From contig DGDV01000054.1 of NCBI GenBank assembly GCA_002385625.1, forward strand, positions 477 through 64,476: a DNA stretch of 64,000 nt, written 5' to 3'. The notes under the pieces were generated by a model. That model ran no database searches. It worked only from the letters and a program-made list of their open reading frames with translations, and was not told where the DNA came from. Of the stretch, positions 38,076 through 48,065 are shown piece by piece. The position numbers and the translations under genes are program-made. This DNA comes from Firmicutes bacterium UBA3943 (lineage in GTDB: Bacteria > Bacillota > UBA4882 > UBA10575 > UBA3943). Positions within the stretch are counted from its first letter, which is position 1. The number at the start of each line of letters is the position of its first letter.

Positions 38076-40421
38076 GTGCAGGAACGTACGTTACGCATCC
38101 TTGAATTCGATAAGATCCTTGCCAGGTTGGCGGAGTATGCCACCTCTGCCCTGGGTCGGCAGGAAGTGCTGGCTTTACGTCCCATGCTGGAACGCTCCCG
38201 GATCGCCCAGGCTTTACAGGAAACCAGTGAGGCCAAGAGTTTGCTGTCTGCCCAAGGCAGATTGCCCATGGGCGGGATTCACGATATTCGTGAAACTGTT
38301 TCCACGGCTGCCATGGGCCGGACCTTGGCCCCGGAGGAATTGATGAGGGTCGGACAGACTTTGGAGGCCATCGATAACCTGCGGGATTTCTTCCGGGACA
38401 GGGAGGAGGAAGCCCCGGCCCTTTACGCCTTGGTCAATGAGTTGCAACCTTTCCCCCGGATCCTTAAAGCCATTACGCAAGCCATTGGACCCGGCGGAGA
38501 GGTTCTGGATGAGGCCAGTCCAAAGTTGCATAGTCTGCGGACCCAGATGCGGACCTTGCACAACCGGATTAAAGACCGCCTGGACGATATAATCAAGGGC
38601 GAGAACCAGAAATACCTGCAAGAGTCCCTGGTAACATTGCGCAACGGGCGGTATGTCATTCCGGTAAAGCAGGAGTATAAAGCGCAATTTCCCGGGATTG
38701 TTCATGACCAGTCAGCCAGTGGCGCCACCCTGTTCATCGAGCCCATGGTAGTGGTGGAGATCAATAACCAGTTGCGCCAGGTGGAGGCCGAGGAAGAACA
38801 GGAGGTCTACAGAATCTTAACCCAGCTCAGCGCCATGGTGGGCGCCGAAGCGGTGGCATTTCGGGCCAACTTGGACCTGTTGGCCCGCTTGGACCTGACA
38901 GTGGCCAAAGCCCGGATGAGCATTGCCTACGACGGAACGGAACCCCTCCTGAACGAACAGGGCATTATCCGGTTACGGGGCGCACGACACCCCTTATTAA
39001 CAGGGAATGTGGTCCCAGTGGATTTGGAATTGGGGGATTCCTTTCATACATTGGTGATTACCGGGCCGAATACCGGCGGGAAAACCGTGAATTTAAAGAC
39101 CACCGGTCTTTTGGTCTTGATGGCCCAGGCCGGTTTACACATTCCGGCTCGCTACGATTCGGAGATCGCCATCTTTTCCGGTATCTATAGTGACATTGGG
39201 GATGAGCAGAGCATCGAACAGAGCCTAAGTACATTTTCTGCTCATATGACCCAGATTGTTGCAGTTTTACAGGCGGCAGAGGGGCCGAAGGATCTGGTTC
39301 TCTTGGACGAACTGGGGGCAGGAACGGATCCAGCGGAGGGTGCGGCACTGGCCATGGCAATCTTAAAAACCTTGCATGAACGGGGGGTGCGCACCATCGC
39401 CACCACCCACTACAGTGAGTTAAAGGCCTTTGCCTATAACACGGCGGGCATGCAAAACGCTTCGGTGGAGTTTGATTTGACGACACTCCGTCCCACCTAC
39501 CGGTTGCTTTTGGGCATACCTGGCGAAAGTAATGCCTTTGCCATCGCTGCTCGCTTGGGCTTAGAGTCTTCCATCATCAATCAGGCGCGGGCCATCCTCT
39601 CCCCGGAACAGCTTTATGTGGAGGAATTAATCGGGCGGATTACGGCGGAGCGCAAAACGTTGGAGCAGGACCGGCACGAAGCTTCCGTGCTCCGTTCCCG
39701 CTTGGAAAAACAAGAAAAGGAACACCGGGACGAACTGGAACGGTTGCGGGCGGAACGCCAAAAATATCTGCGCCAAGCAAAGGAAGAGGCCCAGGAGTTG
39801 GTGAAGGAAACCCGGCGGCAGATGGAAGAGCTGCTCAGGGAGTTGAGGGAGGCCGCGCCGGAGCAGCGCAACCGCCTGGCCCAAGCCCGCCGTCGGGAGT
39901 TGGCAGCCCGCCTGGAACAATTGGCTGAGACGGACAGGGTGGAAGAGGAGACCGGATCAGTGGCAACAGATGAGATCCAAATCGGTGGGAAAGTTGAGGT
40001 TACCCATCTTGGCCAAACCGGCGATGTTCTTGCCATTGACGGTGACCAGATACAAGTAGGTGTGGGTTCTTTGAAGATCTGGGTAGACCGGAGAAGACTC
40101 CGTCCCCTTGGCGATGGAAGGGAACAAAAAGCTGCGGTATCCATTGGTGAACTGGGCCGGGAGAAAGCCCAAACTATCCATACCGAGTTGGATCTTAGGG
40201 GTTTACCGGTGGATGAAGCCCTGATGGAAGTAGACAAATACTTGGATGCGGCTTTTTTGGCGGGAGTGCCGTCGGTACGGTTGATTCATGGAAAAGGCAC
40301 GGGTGCCTTGCGGAAGGCCATTGGCGAATATTTAAAAGATCATCCCCATGTAAAGAAATATCGCTGGGGTGAAGAGGGTGAAGGCGGGATGGGGGTTACC
40401 ATAGCTGAGTTAAGGGCCTGA
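38076..40421 (+). CDS. mutS2: Endonuclease MutS2 (Smr-domain MutS paralogue)
   Basis: ERTLRILEFDKIL N-terminus, Walker A GPNTGGKTV, a long charged coiled coil and a C-terminal Smr domain (LDLRGLPVDEAL...RLIHGKGTGALR) are present. GTG 38076 is the likely start. The ORF opens at 38043. Confidence 0.95.
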   Translation: MQERTLRILEFDKILARLAEYATSALGRQEVLALRPMLERSRIAQALQETSEAKSLLSAQGRLPMGGIHDIRETVSTAAMGRTLAPEELMRVGQTLEAIDNLRDFFRDREEEAPALYALVNELQPFPRILKAITQAIGPGGEVLDEASPKLHSLRTQMRTLHNRIKDRLDDIIKGENQKYLQESLVTLRNGRYVIPVKQEYKAQFPGIVHDQSASGATLFIEPMVVVEINNQLRQVEAEEEQEVYRILTQLSAMVGAEAVAFRANLDLLARLDLTVAKARMSIAYDGTEPLLNEQGIIRLRGARHPLLTGNVVPVDLELGDSFHTLVITGPNTGGKTVNLKTTGLLVLMAQAGLHIPARYDSEIAIFSGIYSDIGDEQSIEQSLSTFSAHMTQIVAVLQAAEGPKDLVLLDELGAGTDPAEGAALAMAILKTLHERGVRTIATTHYSELKAFAYNTAGMQNASVEFDLTTLRPTYRLLLGIPGESNAFAIAARLGLESSIINQARAILSPEQLYVEELIGRITAERKTLEQDRHEASVLRSRLEKQEKEHRDELERLRAERQKYLRQAKEEAQELVKETRRQMEELLRELREAAPEQRNRLAQARRRELAARLEQLAETDRVEEETGSVATDEIQIGGKVEVTHLGQTGDVLAIDGDQIQVGVGSLKIWVDRRRLRPLGDGREQKAAVSIGELGREKAQTIHTELDLRGLPVDEALMEVDKYLDAAFLAGVPSVRLIHGKGTGALRKAIGEYLKDHPHVKKYRWGEEGEGGMGVTIAELRA

Positions 40422-40552
40422 GCTGAAAAAATGCCGGAGGATAATTATGGCCCGGCAAGCTTGCTTAGATATTTTTTTTTGATAAAAGAGGAAAACGCCG
40501 ATAATAAACGAATATTACTGTTAATCCGTGGATCTATTAGGAGGAACAGCGT

Positions 40553-42103
40553 ATGCTGCATAAAATATTGGCAGGGAAACCCGAAGGGCGAACCTGCTTG
40601 GTTTGGGCTGTCGGGTTAATTGCTTTTTGGATAAGCCGATCGCAGGTAGCTTGGCCTGCTTATTTTTTGGCTTTACCCATATATTTCCTTATAATCCACC
40701 TTTTGTCTGTGATGGTTGGCCCACCGCAGATGTCTTGGCTTGAAGTATTGGAGGGCTGTATTGGCGTTTCCTCAGTTATAATCACAAGTTCCACCCCTTT
40801 TGGCTGGTTTTTCCTCCTGCTATGGAGCATTTTTGCCATCGTTGAATTTACACAGCTTAGAAGGGGTCTGCTCTTAGCCGCGGCGGTTGTGGCAGCTTTT
40901 TTCCTTGTGCAACTTACCTTGTCAGGCTCTGCTAAACTTTTGGAACTACTGCTGGGAGCAGTGGCGCTGGTTGTGTTTGTTTATCGCTTATCCTGCCGGA
41001 GATTGCAATATGAAGAGCAACAGCAGCAATTATTGCAAGAAATTGAAGACATCAAAAAGGACTCTTCTTCCCAGCAAAAGCTGCAGGATGAGAAGATGAA
41101 GGAGTTGCTGGCGGCAAAGGTCAGCATGGAAGAGAAGTATGCGGAGCTTTATACCTTGCAGATCATCAACGATGTAGCAAACTCTGAGTTGTCCATCGAT
41201 ATCCTGGGGGAAAAGGTGGTTGATATTCTAACCGGTTTGACCGGTTCCATAGCCTGCAGTGTAATCATGCTCAATGAAGAAGGTCCTCCGTCAATTTTGG
41301 CTACGAGTATCAACAAACCCGAATTGAAAAGCGATCTCATCGGCCCAGAGGCGGAAAGTTTATTCCGGCAGATTCTTGCCGGTGACAATGAGGGTACCGC
41401 CAAATTACAGGAGATAATCTTTTCCAAACGAGGCGCCCGCAGCGTGATGGTGGTTCCGCTCCGCTTAAAGACCGGCGGCTCTGGCATTATCTTGGCGGAG
41501 CATGCGGTTGAACATGCCTTTAATACCGAAACATATAAAATTTTGATGAACGCAGCGGACCGTTTGGCAATGGCCATTGATAATGCCCGCCTCTATGACC
41601 GGATGGAACGAATGGCGGTAACCGATGCCTTGACCGGTGTCTATAACCGGCTTTATCTCCACCAGCATTTGACCAAGCTTTTTAGCGGTGAAACCTTGCC
41701 AAAGCTGGCCCTCTCCATGTTTGATGTGGACCATTTTAAGAAAGTAAATGATACCTATGGCCACTTGGCGGGTGACGCCACCTTAAAGCAATTGACTGCT
41801 TTGGTCCGGCAGATGCTGCCGCCATCCGGCATGATTGCCCGTTACGGTGGCGAGGAGTTTGTGATGATTGTTCCCAATTATGATTTGCAACAGATGATCG
41901 AACTCTCGGAACAAGTTCGTTTGAAGGTTCAGGAAACAACCATTATCGCGGAGGGTTGCGAACCTTTTAAGGTTACCATCAGTCTGGGGGTAAGTTCTGT
42001 GCCGGACTTTGCCACCACGGCAGAAGGTGTTTTGGGTAGCGCTGATGAGGCCCTCTACAAGGCAAAACAGACCGGACGGAACCGGGTTTGTACCGCAGAA
42101 TAA
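40553..42103 (+). CDS. Diguanylate cyclase: multi-TM N-terminus, coiled coil, GAF-like domain, GGDEF domain
   Basis: About 150 aa of hydrophobic helices are followed by a QQQQLLQEIEDIKK coiled coil. The GGDEF domain has LTGVYNRLYL, DVDHFKKVNDTYGH and RYGGEEF. I see no RxxD I-site directly upstream of GGEEF. Confidence 0.85.
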   Translation: MLHKILAGKPEGRTCLVWAVGLIAFWISRSQVAWPAYFLALPIYFLIIHLLSVMVGPPQMSWLEVLEGCIGVSSVIITSSTPFGWFFLLLWSIFAIVEFTQLRRGLLLAAAVVAAFFLVQLTLSGSAKLLELLLGAVALVVFVYRLSCRRLQYEEQQQQLLQEIEDIKKDSSSQQKLQDEKMKELLAAKVSMEEKYAELYTLQIINDVANSELSIDILGEKVVDILTGLTGSIACSVIMLNEEGPPSILATSINKPELKSDLIGPEAESLFRQILAGDNEGTAKLQEIIFSKRGARSVMVVPLRLKTGGSGIILAEHAVEHAFNTETYKILMNAADRLAMAIDNARLYDRMERMAVTDALTGVYNRLYLHQHLTKLFSGETLPKLALSMFDVDHFKKVNDTYGHLAGDATLKQLTALVRQMLPPSGMIARYGGEEFVMIVPNYDLQQMIELSEQVRLKVQETTIIAEGCEPFKVTISLGVSSVPDFATTAEGVLGSADEALYKAKQTGRNRVCTAE

Positions 42104-42131
42104 TTTCATTATACGCACGGGTATGCGCCAG

Positions 42132-42167
42132 AAAAGAGCAACGCCGGCTTTAGCCGGCGTTTTCTTT
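42132..42167. terminator. Bidirectional terminator between the convergent GGDEF and CBM genes
   Basis: AACGCCGGC 42140-42148 pairs with GCCGGCGTT 42153-42161 (9 bp, TTTA loop). It is flanked by an A-run and a T-run. Confidence 0.7.
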
Positions 42168-42471
42168 ACACGATTTCGCAGCGCCAGTTCCAACCACTGT
42201 TGTTATCCCAATTGTTGGCACTGTCTTTGAAACAGAAGTTCAGTTCCCGATCAGCCGTGGCGCTAATCTCCGCGGAGAATCCGCCGTCCGCGGTCCGTTG
42301 CATCGGAACCGTCCTGGGATCACGCCACCCATCATACCCGTAATGCAGGTAAATGGCATCGGCCCCGGAATTGGAGAGCAGCCCATGGTAGTGAATGCTT
42401 ACCTTTCCTCCGGAACGTACGGGGGCAGGTTCCACAGCCACCCGATGGTCGTCAAACCGTTCGTGCATCAA
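42166..42471 (-). CDS. Standalone carbohydrate-binding module protein (CBM25/CBM53-like)
   Basis: 101-aa ORF with VSIHYHG...IYLHYGYDGW...FCFKDSANNWDNNSGWNW, the pattern of starch-binding CBM25/53 modules. The AAGGAGG RBS lies 10-13 nt upstream of the TTG/ATG start. Confidence 0.65.
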   Translation of the reverse strand: MMHERFDDHRVAVEPAPVRSGGKVSIHYHGLLSNSGADAIYLHYGYDGWRDPRTVPMQRTADGGFSAEISATADRELNFCFKDSANNWDNNSGWNWRCEIV

Positions 42472-42582
42472 GAAATAACCGCCTCCTTGTAATTTAGTAG
42501 GGGACAGTGTTTAGTATGGCCTTGAACCAACGGTCATATAGTGGAAAATGGAAGAAGCTTTACGAGGTAATGGATTTTGGGT

Positions 42583-42612
42583 AAGAAAAAGCCCCTTCTG
42601 GTCTGGAAGGGG
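42583..42612 (-). terminator. Intrinsic terminator after rqcH
   Basis: CCCCTTC 42592-42598 pairs with GAAGGGG 42606-42612. On the minus strand it is followed by CTTTTTCTT. Confidence 0.65.
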
Positions 42613-42639
42613 TTTTATTTTCTGTCTTTACCATGGTTT

Positions 42640-44394
42640 TTAGCCGGTAGTCACACCTAAGCGGGACAGGATGGATGGGTCCGGGGTAATAATTATGGTC
42701 TTGAATGGGTCATAAAGGACGAAACCCGGCCTGGATCCTGGGGGTTTGCGCACATACCGCCGGGGGGTGTAGTCTACAGGAACCTTGGTGGAAGTCCGGG
42801 CTTTGCTGTACCAGACAGCCAAGTTGGCTGCTTCCAGCAGGGTTTGGTCCGACACCGGCTGGCCGTTATTGCGGATTAACACATGACTGCCAGGAATGTT
42901 TTGGGCATGGAGCCAGGTATCCTTAGGCGACGCTATTTTGAAGGTAAGCTTGTCATTTTGCAGGTTATTTCGTCCCACCTCGATGGTGGTGCCATCGCTG
43001 GAGACAAAGCGCCGGGGGCTGCTGACATCCTGCCTTTTGCTGCTGCCGACCTGCCTGGAGGCGATGTAGCCCTGGGTCGAGAGTTCGCTGTGGATTTCCC
43101 CCAGTTCCTCATGGGACAGGGGATCCGCCAGGGTGACCAAGATTCCTTCCAGGTAGGCCAATTCCTCCGTGTTGAGCCGGATTTGTTCGGCAATGGCGTG
43201 TTTAGCCTTCTTGGCCTTTTGATACTTATTGTAGTAGTATTGGGAGTTTTCCGCCGGGGATAGATCCGGCCGGAGGGGGATAAGCAGCGGACGGTTCTCC
43301 GGGTCGTAATAGTTGGGTAGTTCCACCTGGCTCAGGCCTTTGGTGATGCTTTTCATATTCACTGTCAACAATTCACCTTGGATCCGATAGATCTCAGCAT
43401 CCTCGGCGGCAGCAAGCTCCTCGGCCTGTTTTTGCAGTTTCTTATTGATTTTATTGGCCCGTTCCCGGACCAGGCGGGCCAGGCTGGCTTGGACGGCCGC
43501 CCGCCGGGCTTCCTCGTCCCAATGATGCAGTGTCCGTTCAACGGCGGTATTCAGATCGGCAACGGGCTGCCAGTTAAGTTCCGGGTCTTCCTCCGGGGAG
43601 AAAAGATAAAAGTCCACGGGTGAACCGGACCGGAGAATGAGACCTGGCTCAGGCTGTGTTGCCTTTTTTTCTATTGTCTTAAAAGCGTGGACAAGACGCT
43701 CGCCTGCATCAGGTGGAAGGTCTCCTACGAGTTGTTCCGGATTAAATTGCGCTTGATATGCCCAGGCTTTGCTAAGAAAAGGAGAGATCCCCAATAGCTC
43801 TGTTTTTAGTACTTCATCCAATTTGCGTTGGGAATTGACCCGGTCTAGCAGGGCTTGTAAGGCTTCTTCAGATAAATCAGGCCGCAAAGGGGTGGGAACC
43901 GGGGGATATACATAGAGAACACCCGGAAAGATCTCCCGTTCACTGCTTTTTTGGGAACGTCTTAACGCATCCAAGATGGTGTTATCGGTATCCAAGACTA
44001 GGAGGTTGCTACGGCGGCCCATGGCTTCCAGCACTAAGCGGCGGCGACACAACCCTTTGTCGGGGGCGTAGACTTCAACTTCCATCGTTATAATTCTTTC
44101 CCATGCTTTGGTCGTCAGTTCAAGGACACGGCCGCCTTGCAGGTACTTTCGGAGCAACATGCAAAAAGCCGATGGTTGCGCCGGGTTCTCTATTTTGCTT
44201 TTAGTAAGGTGGATCCGGGCGTATTGGGGATGGACCGAGAGGAGTAGCTGGTAATTTGTCCCGGGATAGGGGTGGCGGATTTCCAGGACGACCCGATCCT
44301 TGAGGGGATGGTAGATGCGTTCAATCCGCCCGTTGCGCAGTTTCTCCGTTAATTCGCCAGCCAAGGCGTGCAGGTAAAGGGCATCTAAAGGCAT
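42640..44394 (-). CDS. rqcH: Ribosome quality-control protein RqcH (NFACT / FbpA family)
   Basis: NFACT-N (MPLDALYLHALAGEL), a coiled-coil middle, and NFACT-R/DUF814 near the C-terminus (WLHAQNIPGSHVLI) are present. The protein is 584 aa. Confidence 0.9.
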   Translation of the reverse strand: MPLDALYLHALAGELTEKLRNGRIERIYHPLKDRVVLEIRHPYPGTNYQLLLSVHPQYARIHLTKSKIENPAQPSAFCMLLRKYLQGGRVLELTTKAWERIITMEVEVYAPDKGLCRRRLVLEAMGRRSNLLVLDTDNTILDALRRSQKSSEREIFPGVLYVYPPVPTPLRPDLSEEALQALLDRVNSQRKLDEVLKTELLGISPFLSKAWAYQAQFNPEQLVGDLPPDAGERLVHAFKTIEKKATQPEPGLILRSGSPVDFYLFSPEEDPELNWQPVADLNTAVERTLHHWDEEARRAAVQASLARLVRERANKINKKLQKQAEELAAAEDAEIYRIQGELLTVNMKSITKGLSQVELPNYYDPENRPLLIPLRPDLSPAENSQYYYNKYQKAKKAKHAIAEQIRLNTEELAYLEGILVTLADPLSHEELGEIHSELSTQGYIASRQVGSSKRQDVSSPRRFVSSDGTTIEVGRNNLQNDKLTFKIASPKDTWLHAQNIPGSHVLIRNNGQPVSDQTLLEAANLAVWYSKARTSTKVPVDYTPRRYVRKPPGSRPGFVLYDPFKTIIITPDPSILSRLGVTTG

Positions 44395-44483
44395 GATGAT
44401 CTCTCCCGGTCAGCAATGCTTAGTAAATCACACAGTCTAGTATACATTGCCGCCGCGGCGGAAACAAGAGTTACAATCCAGCT

Positions 44484-47270
44484 TTGGAATTGGACTGGAA
44501 CGGAAAGTTGGGACATAAACATACAGACGGGGGTGGGAGTTTGGAACGACAATGGTGGAGTATGGATGGCCAACTGGTTGTCGCGGAACTAAAGACCAGC
44601 GCCGAGCGGGGACTGGCCACACCGGAGGCAATACAGCGGCGGGAAGAATACGGGGCTAATCAGCTGCAACAAACTGCAGCCATCTCCCCTTTACAAATTT
44701 TTCTCAATCAATTTAAGGATTTTATGGTGCTGGTACTTATTGGTGCGGCACTGATCTCTTTCTGCTTGGGCGAGTTGGCGGATGCCGTTACCATCCTGGC
44801 CATCATCATCCTCAACGCCATTCTGGGTCTGGTCCAAGAGTACCGGGCGGAGCGCTCCCTAGCGGCGCTCAAACAACTCTCAGCCCCGCAAGCCCGGGTC
44901 CTGCGTGATGGCAAACCGACACTCGTGGACAACAGTCAGGTGGTGCCCGGTGATATTCTGCTTTTGGAGGCTGGCGACCGGATTGGGGCCGATGCCCGGC
45001 TCCTGGCTGCCGAGGCGCTGGAAGTAAACGAAGCGGCGCTGACCGGAGAATCCATGCCGGTGGCAAAAACGCCAGCGGCCATCCACAAGAAGGAGTTGTC
45101 CCTGGGGGACCGGCATTGTATGGTTTATGCCGGAACTAACGTCACCCAAGGTAGGGGCAGGGCAGTGGTTGTAGCCACAGGAATGGTGACGGAACTGGGG
45201 AAGATCGCCCACCTGTTGCAGTCGACGGAAGAGGATGTTACCCCTTTGCAACAACGCTTGGACCAATTGGGCCGGGTGTTGGTGTTGATCTGCTTGTTTA
45301 TTTGTTCAGCCGTGGCGACCATGGGCATCCTACGTGGCGAGCCCTTCCGGGTGATGTTTCTCTCCGGGGTCAGCCTGGCGGTGGCAGCAATTCCCGAGGG
45401 ACTTCCGGCCATTGTCACCATTTCCCTGGCCATTGGGGTGCAACGGATGATCCGGCGCAATGTGCTCATTCGGCGCTTGCCGGCTGTGGAGACACTGGGC
45501 TGCGCTACGGTGATCTGTTCCGATAAGACCGGCACTATCACCCAGAATCAAATGGTGGTGACCAGCTTTATTTTAGCCGGGAAGGAACTGCGGGTAGAAG
45601 GTAAGGGCTACCGGCCGGAGGGAGAAATTTACTATGGCGCCCAATTGTGGCGAAGGCAGAATAATGAGTATCCGGACCATTTCTTTCAAGCACTGGTCTA
45701 TTGCAACAATGCCCGGCTGGAGCAGGTGGGCAACGGTGAATGGACCAGCCAAGGGGACCCTACGGAGGGTGCGCTGTTGGCTTTGGCCGCCAAAGCTGGA
45801 TACCCATTGAAGAATCCTGCAATAAAACGCTTGCATGAAATACCTTTCTCCTCCGAACGGCGGCGCATGAGTGTCACTGTTGCATGGGGCGCCAGAACCT
45901 TCCTCTATACCAAAGGCAGTGTGGACAGCCTGCTTGGTCTATCTACCCATGTGTTGGAAGCGGAGGGGATTCAGCCTCTTACTGCAGTGCGGCGGCGGCG
46001 GTTGGAGGAGGAAGCGGACCGCTTGGCCGGCAAGGCCCTGCGGGTTTTGGGTATTGCCTATAAACCTTTGGCAGCAGGTACAACCAAGTTACAGGAGTCC
46101 GATGAGCAGAACCTGATTTTCCTGGGAATGGTGGGGATGATGGATCCGCCCCGTCCGGAGGTGAAGGAGGCCATTCGCCGATGCTACCGGGCGGGAATCA
46201 GGACGGTCATGATCACCGGGGATCATCCGGCGACGGCGCGGGCGGTGGCCGACGCCATTGGTTTAAACAGGGGAGGTTCCATTTTAACTGGAGCCGAACT
46301 GGAGAAATTGGATACTAAAAGTCTATTGCAACAGGTGGGAAGGGTCAACGTTTATGCCCGGGTATCGCCTAAGCATAAACTGCTCCTGGTCCGTACCCTG
46401 AAAAAGCAGGGTGAAGTGGTGGCCATGACTGGAGACGGGGTCAATGACGCCCCGGCGGTGAAGGAGGCCAATATCGGTGTGGCCATGGGACGGACCGGGA
46501 CGGATGTGACCAAGGAGGCCTCGGCTATGGTGATCACCGACGATAATTTCGCCTCCATGGTAGCAGCCGTTGAGGAAGGTCGCGGGATCTACGAGAACGT
46601 GCGCAAATCCATCCGCTATTTGTTGGGCTGCAATATTGGCGAGGTGCTGACCATGTTTGGAGCTTCACTGCTGGGCCTGCCTCTGCCATTGACGCCCTTG
46701 CAGATTCTCTGGACCAACCTGGTGACGGATGGCTTGCCGGCGGTGGCCTTAAGCATGGATCCGCCGGACAGTGAGCTGATGAACAGGCCGCCCCGACCGG
46801 CCAAGGAAGGGATCTTCGGGCGCGGTTTGGGGAAACGTATCCTGTTGCAGGGAGTGGCCATCGGTGGCTTCACCTTGGGCGTCTTCGCGTTAACCCTTCG
46901 CCTGGCCAACAGTTTGGTGGTGGCACGCACCATGGCTTATGGCTGTTTGGTGTTCTCACAGCTAAGTTACGTCTTTGCCTGCCGGTCGGAGGCCAAGCCG
47001 GTCTGGCAGGTACCATTGGGGCGAAACCCTTACTTGCTGGGGGCGGTGGGCCTTTCGGCGCTGATGCAATGGGTGACGATGAACCTGCCCTTCTTGCAAA
47101 GGGTTTTCGCCACCGTTGCCTTAACCCGGGGTCAATGGGCCTGGGTGATCTTTACTGCAGTTGCTTCTGTGGCGGTGGCAGAATGGTTCAGCGGCTTGTA
47201 CCGGTGGGTTTACCAGCGGGGCCGCCGGTTTGAAACCTTAAACTGCCGCAGTTTCTCCCGCTTTGCTTGA
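44484..47270 (+). CDS. P-type Ca2+-transporting ATPase (P2A/YloB-like); start uncertain (TTG 44484 or, more likely, ATG 44562)
   Basis: CSDKTGTITQN phosphorylation motif, TGES, MITGDH and TGDGVNDAPA are present, with about 10 TM segments. Confidence 0.9.
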   Translation: MELDWNGKLGHKHTDGGGSLERQWWSMDGQLVVAELKTSAERGLATPEAIQRREEYGANQLQQTAAISPLQIFLNQFKDFMVLVLIGAALISFCLGELADAVTILAIIILNAILGLVQEYRAERSLAALKQLSAPQARVLRDGKPTLVDNSQVVPGDILLLEAGDRIGADARLLAAEALEVNEAALTGESMPVAKTPAAIHKKELSLGDRHCMVYAGTNVTQGRGRAVVVATGMVTELGKIAHLLQSTEEDVTPLQQRLDQLGRVLVLICLFICSAVATMGILRGEPFRVMFLSGVSLAVAAIPEGLPAIVTISLAIGVQRMIRRNVLIRRLPAVETLGCATVICSDKTGTITQNQMVVTSFILAGKELRVEGKGYRPEGEIYYGAQLWRRQNNEYPDHFFQALVYCNNARLEQVGNGEWTSQGDPTEGALLALAAKAGYPLKNPAIKRLHEIPFSSERRRMSVTVAWGARTFLYTKGSVDSLLGLSTHVLEAEGIQPLTAVRRRRLEEEADRLAGKALRVLGIAYKPLAAGTTKLQESDEQNLIFLGMVGMMDPPRPEVKEAIRRCYRAGIRTVMITGDHPATARAVADAIGLNRGGSILTGAELEKLDTKSLLQQVGRVNVYARVSPKHKLLLVRTLKKQGEVVAMTGDGVNDAPAVKEANIGVAMGRTGTDVTKEASAMVITDDNFASMVAAVEEGRGIYENVRKSIRYLLGCNIGEVLTMFGASLLGLPLPLTPLQILWTNLVTDGLPAVALSMDPPDSELMNRPPRPAKEGIFGRGLGKRILLQGVAIGGFTLGVFALTLRLANSLVVARTMAYGCLVFSQLSYVFACRSEAKPVWQVPLGRNPYLLGAVGLSALMQWVTMNLPFLQRVFATVALTRGQWAWVIFTAVASVAVAEWFSGLYRWVYQRGRRFETLNCRSFSRFA

Positions 47271-47381
47271 ATAACCTGTGGTCACCGGTAATTTAGTCTA
47301 CTGCCTTTAAGATGTTTTGACGCATACCCGGGCGGACCTGAGGAAGACTATGCCTAAGTAAAAGCGGGGGTAATTGCCAGA

Positions 47382-48065
47382 GTGTCAGTCATAGGGGTTT
47401 TAGTGCTTATTGTGCCGCTTATCCTCTCTCCGGTGCGTTTTCATTTCACCTATGTCAAAAGGGGTGTAGATGACTATTTACGTTTGGATATGCTTCTCTT
47501 CCCTTTTCTTCGTTGGTACAAGGAGGTGCCCTTGATTCGCCCTCGGCCGGAAGGACCTGCTGTGGTCGCCCAGTTTGAAGGGAGGGATGCCAAATCCCGG
47601 GGGGAAGTGGAGGAAAGCAAAGCCCGGTGGGACATCAGTGCAATCTTTAGCAGTTTCAACAGTTTGCGGCAACGGTTGGGTAATTATGGCCTTGGTGTAA
47701 CATTGGCCAGTTTTTTTATTCCCGACAAGTATTTGAAGTATATCCGGGTCATTAACGAACTGGAGAACTGCGGTATATTCACCAGTTTTCAATGGCGAAC
47801 GCTTGCTGGCAGGCAAAACCCGGCCCATGCCGCCTGGTTAGTGGGGGGGCTGTGGGCGCTAAAGGGAGAAGTCCTGGGATTGTTACAAAGCCGGTACAGG
47901 TTTCGCTGTCGGCCGGCTATTGCGGTCCAACCCGCCTTTGGCCGTAATGTGTTGGATACCGAGGTAGACTGCATATTCCAGGTTAAACTGGGGCAGATTA
48001 TGCTTACCGGATTGAAGGAGTATCTAAGACGCCTGTTCACGTCTGGAAGGAGAGAAAAAAGATGA
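47382..48065 (+). CDS. DUF2953 sporulation protein (YtfI-like)
   Basis: An N-terminal TM helix followed by a VRFHFTYVKRGVDDYLRLDMLLF pattern is present. It sits immediately upstream of, and overlaps, a gerW/ytfJ homologue, as in the Bacillus ytfIJ operon. Confidence 0.65.
   Translation: MSVIGVLVLIVPLILSPVRFHFTYVKRGVDDYLRLDMLLFPFLRWYKEVPLIRPRPEGPAVVAQFEGRDAKSRGEVEESKARWDISAIFSSFNSLRQRLGNYGLGVTLASFFIPDKYLKYIRVINELENCGIFTSFQWRTLAGRQNPAHAAWLVGGLWALKGEVLGLLQSRYRFRCRPAIAVQPAFGRNVLDTEVDCIFQVKLGQIMLTGLKEYLRRLFTSGRREKR

Noticed and set aside
44484-44561. N-terminal 26-residue extension of the P-type ATPase from TTG 44484.
   Set aside because: The sequence MELDWNGKLGHKHTDGGGSLERQWWS is unlike P-type ATPase N-termini, and the stretch is saturated with GGA motifs. 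It is more likely 5' UTR, although neither alternative start has an ideally spaced RBS.
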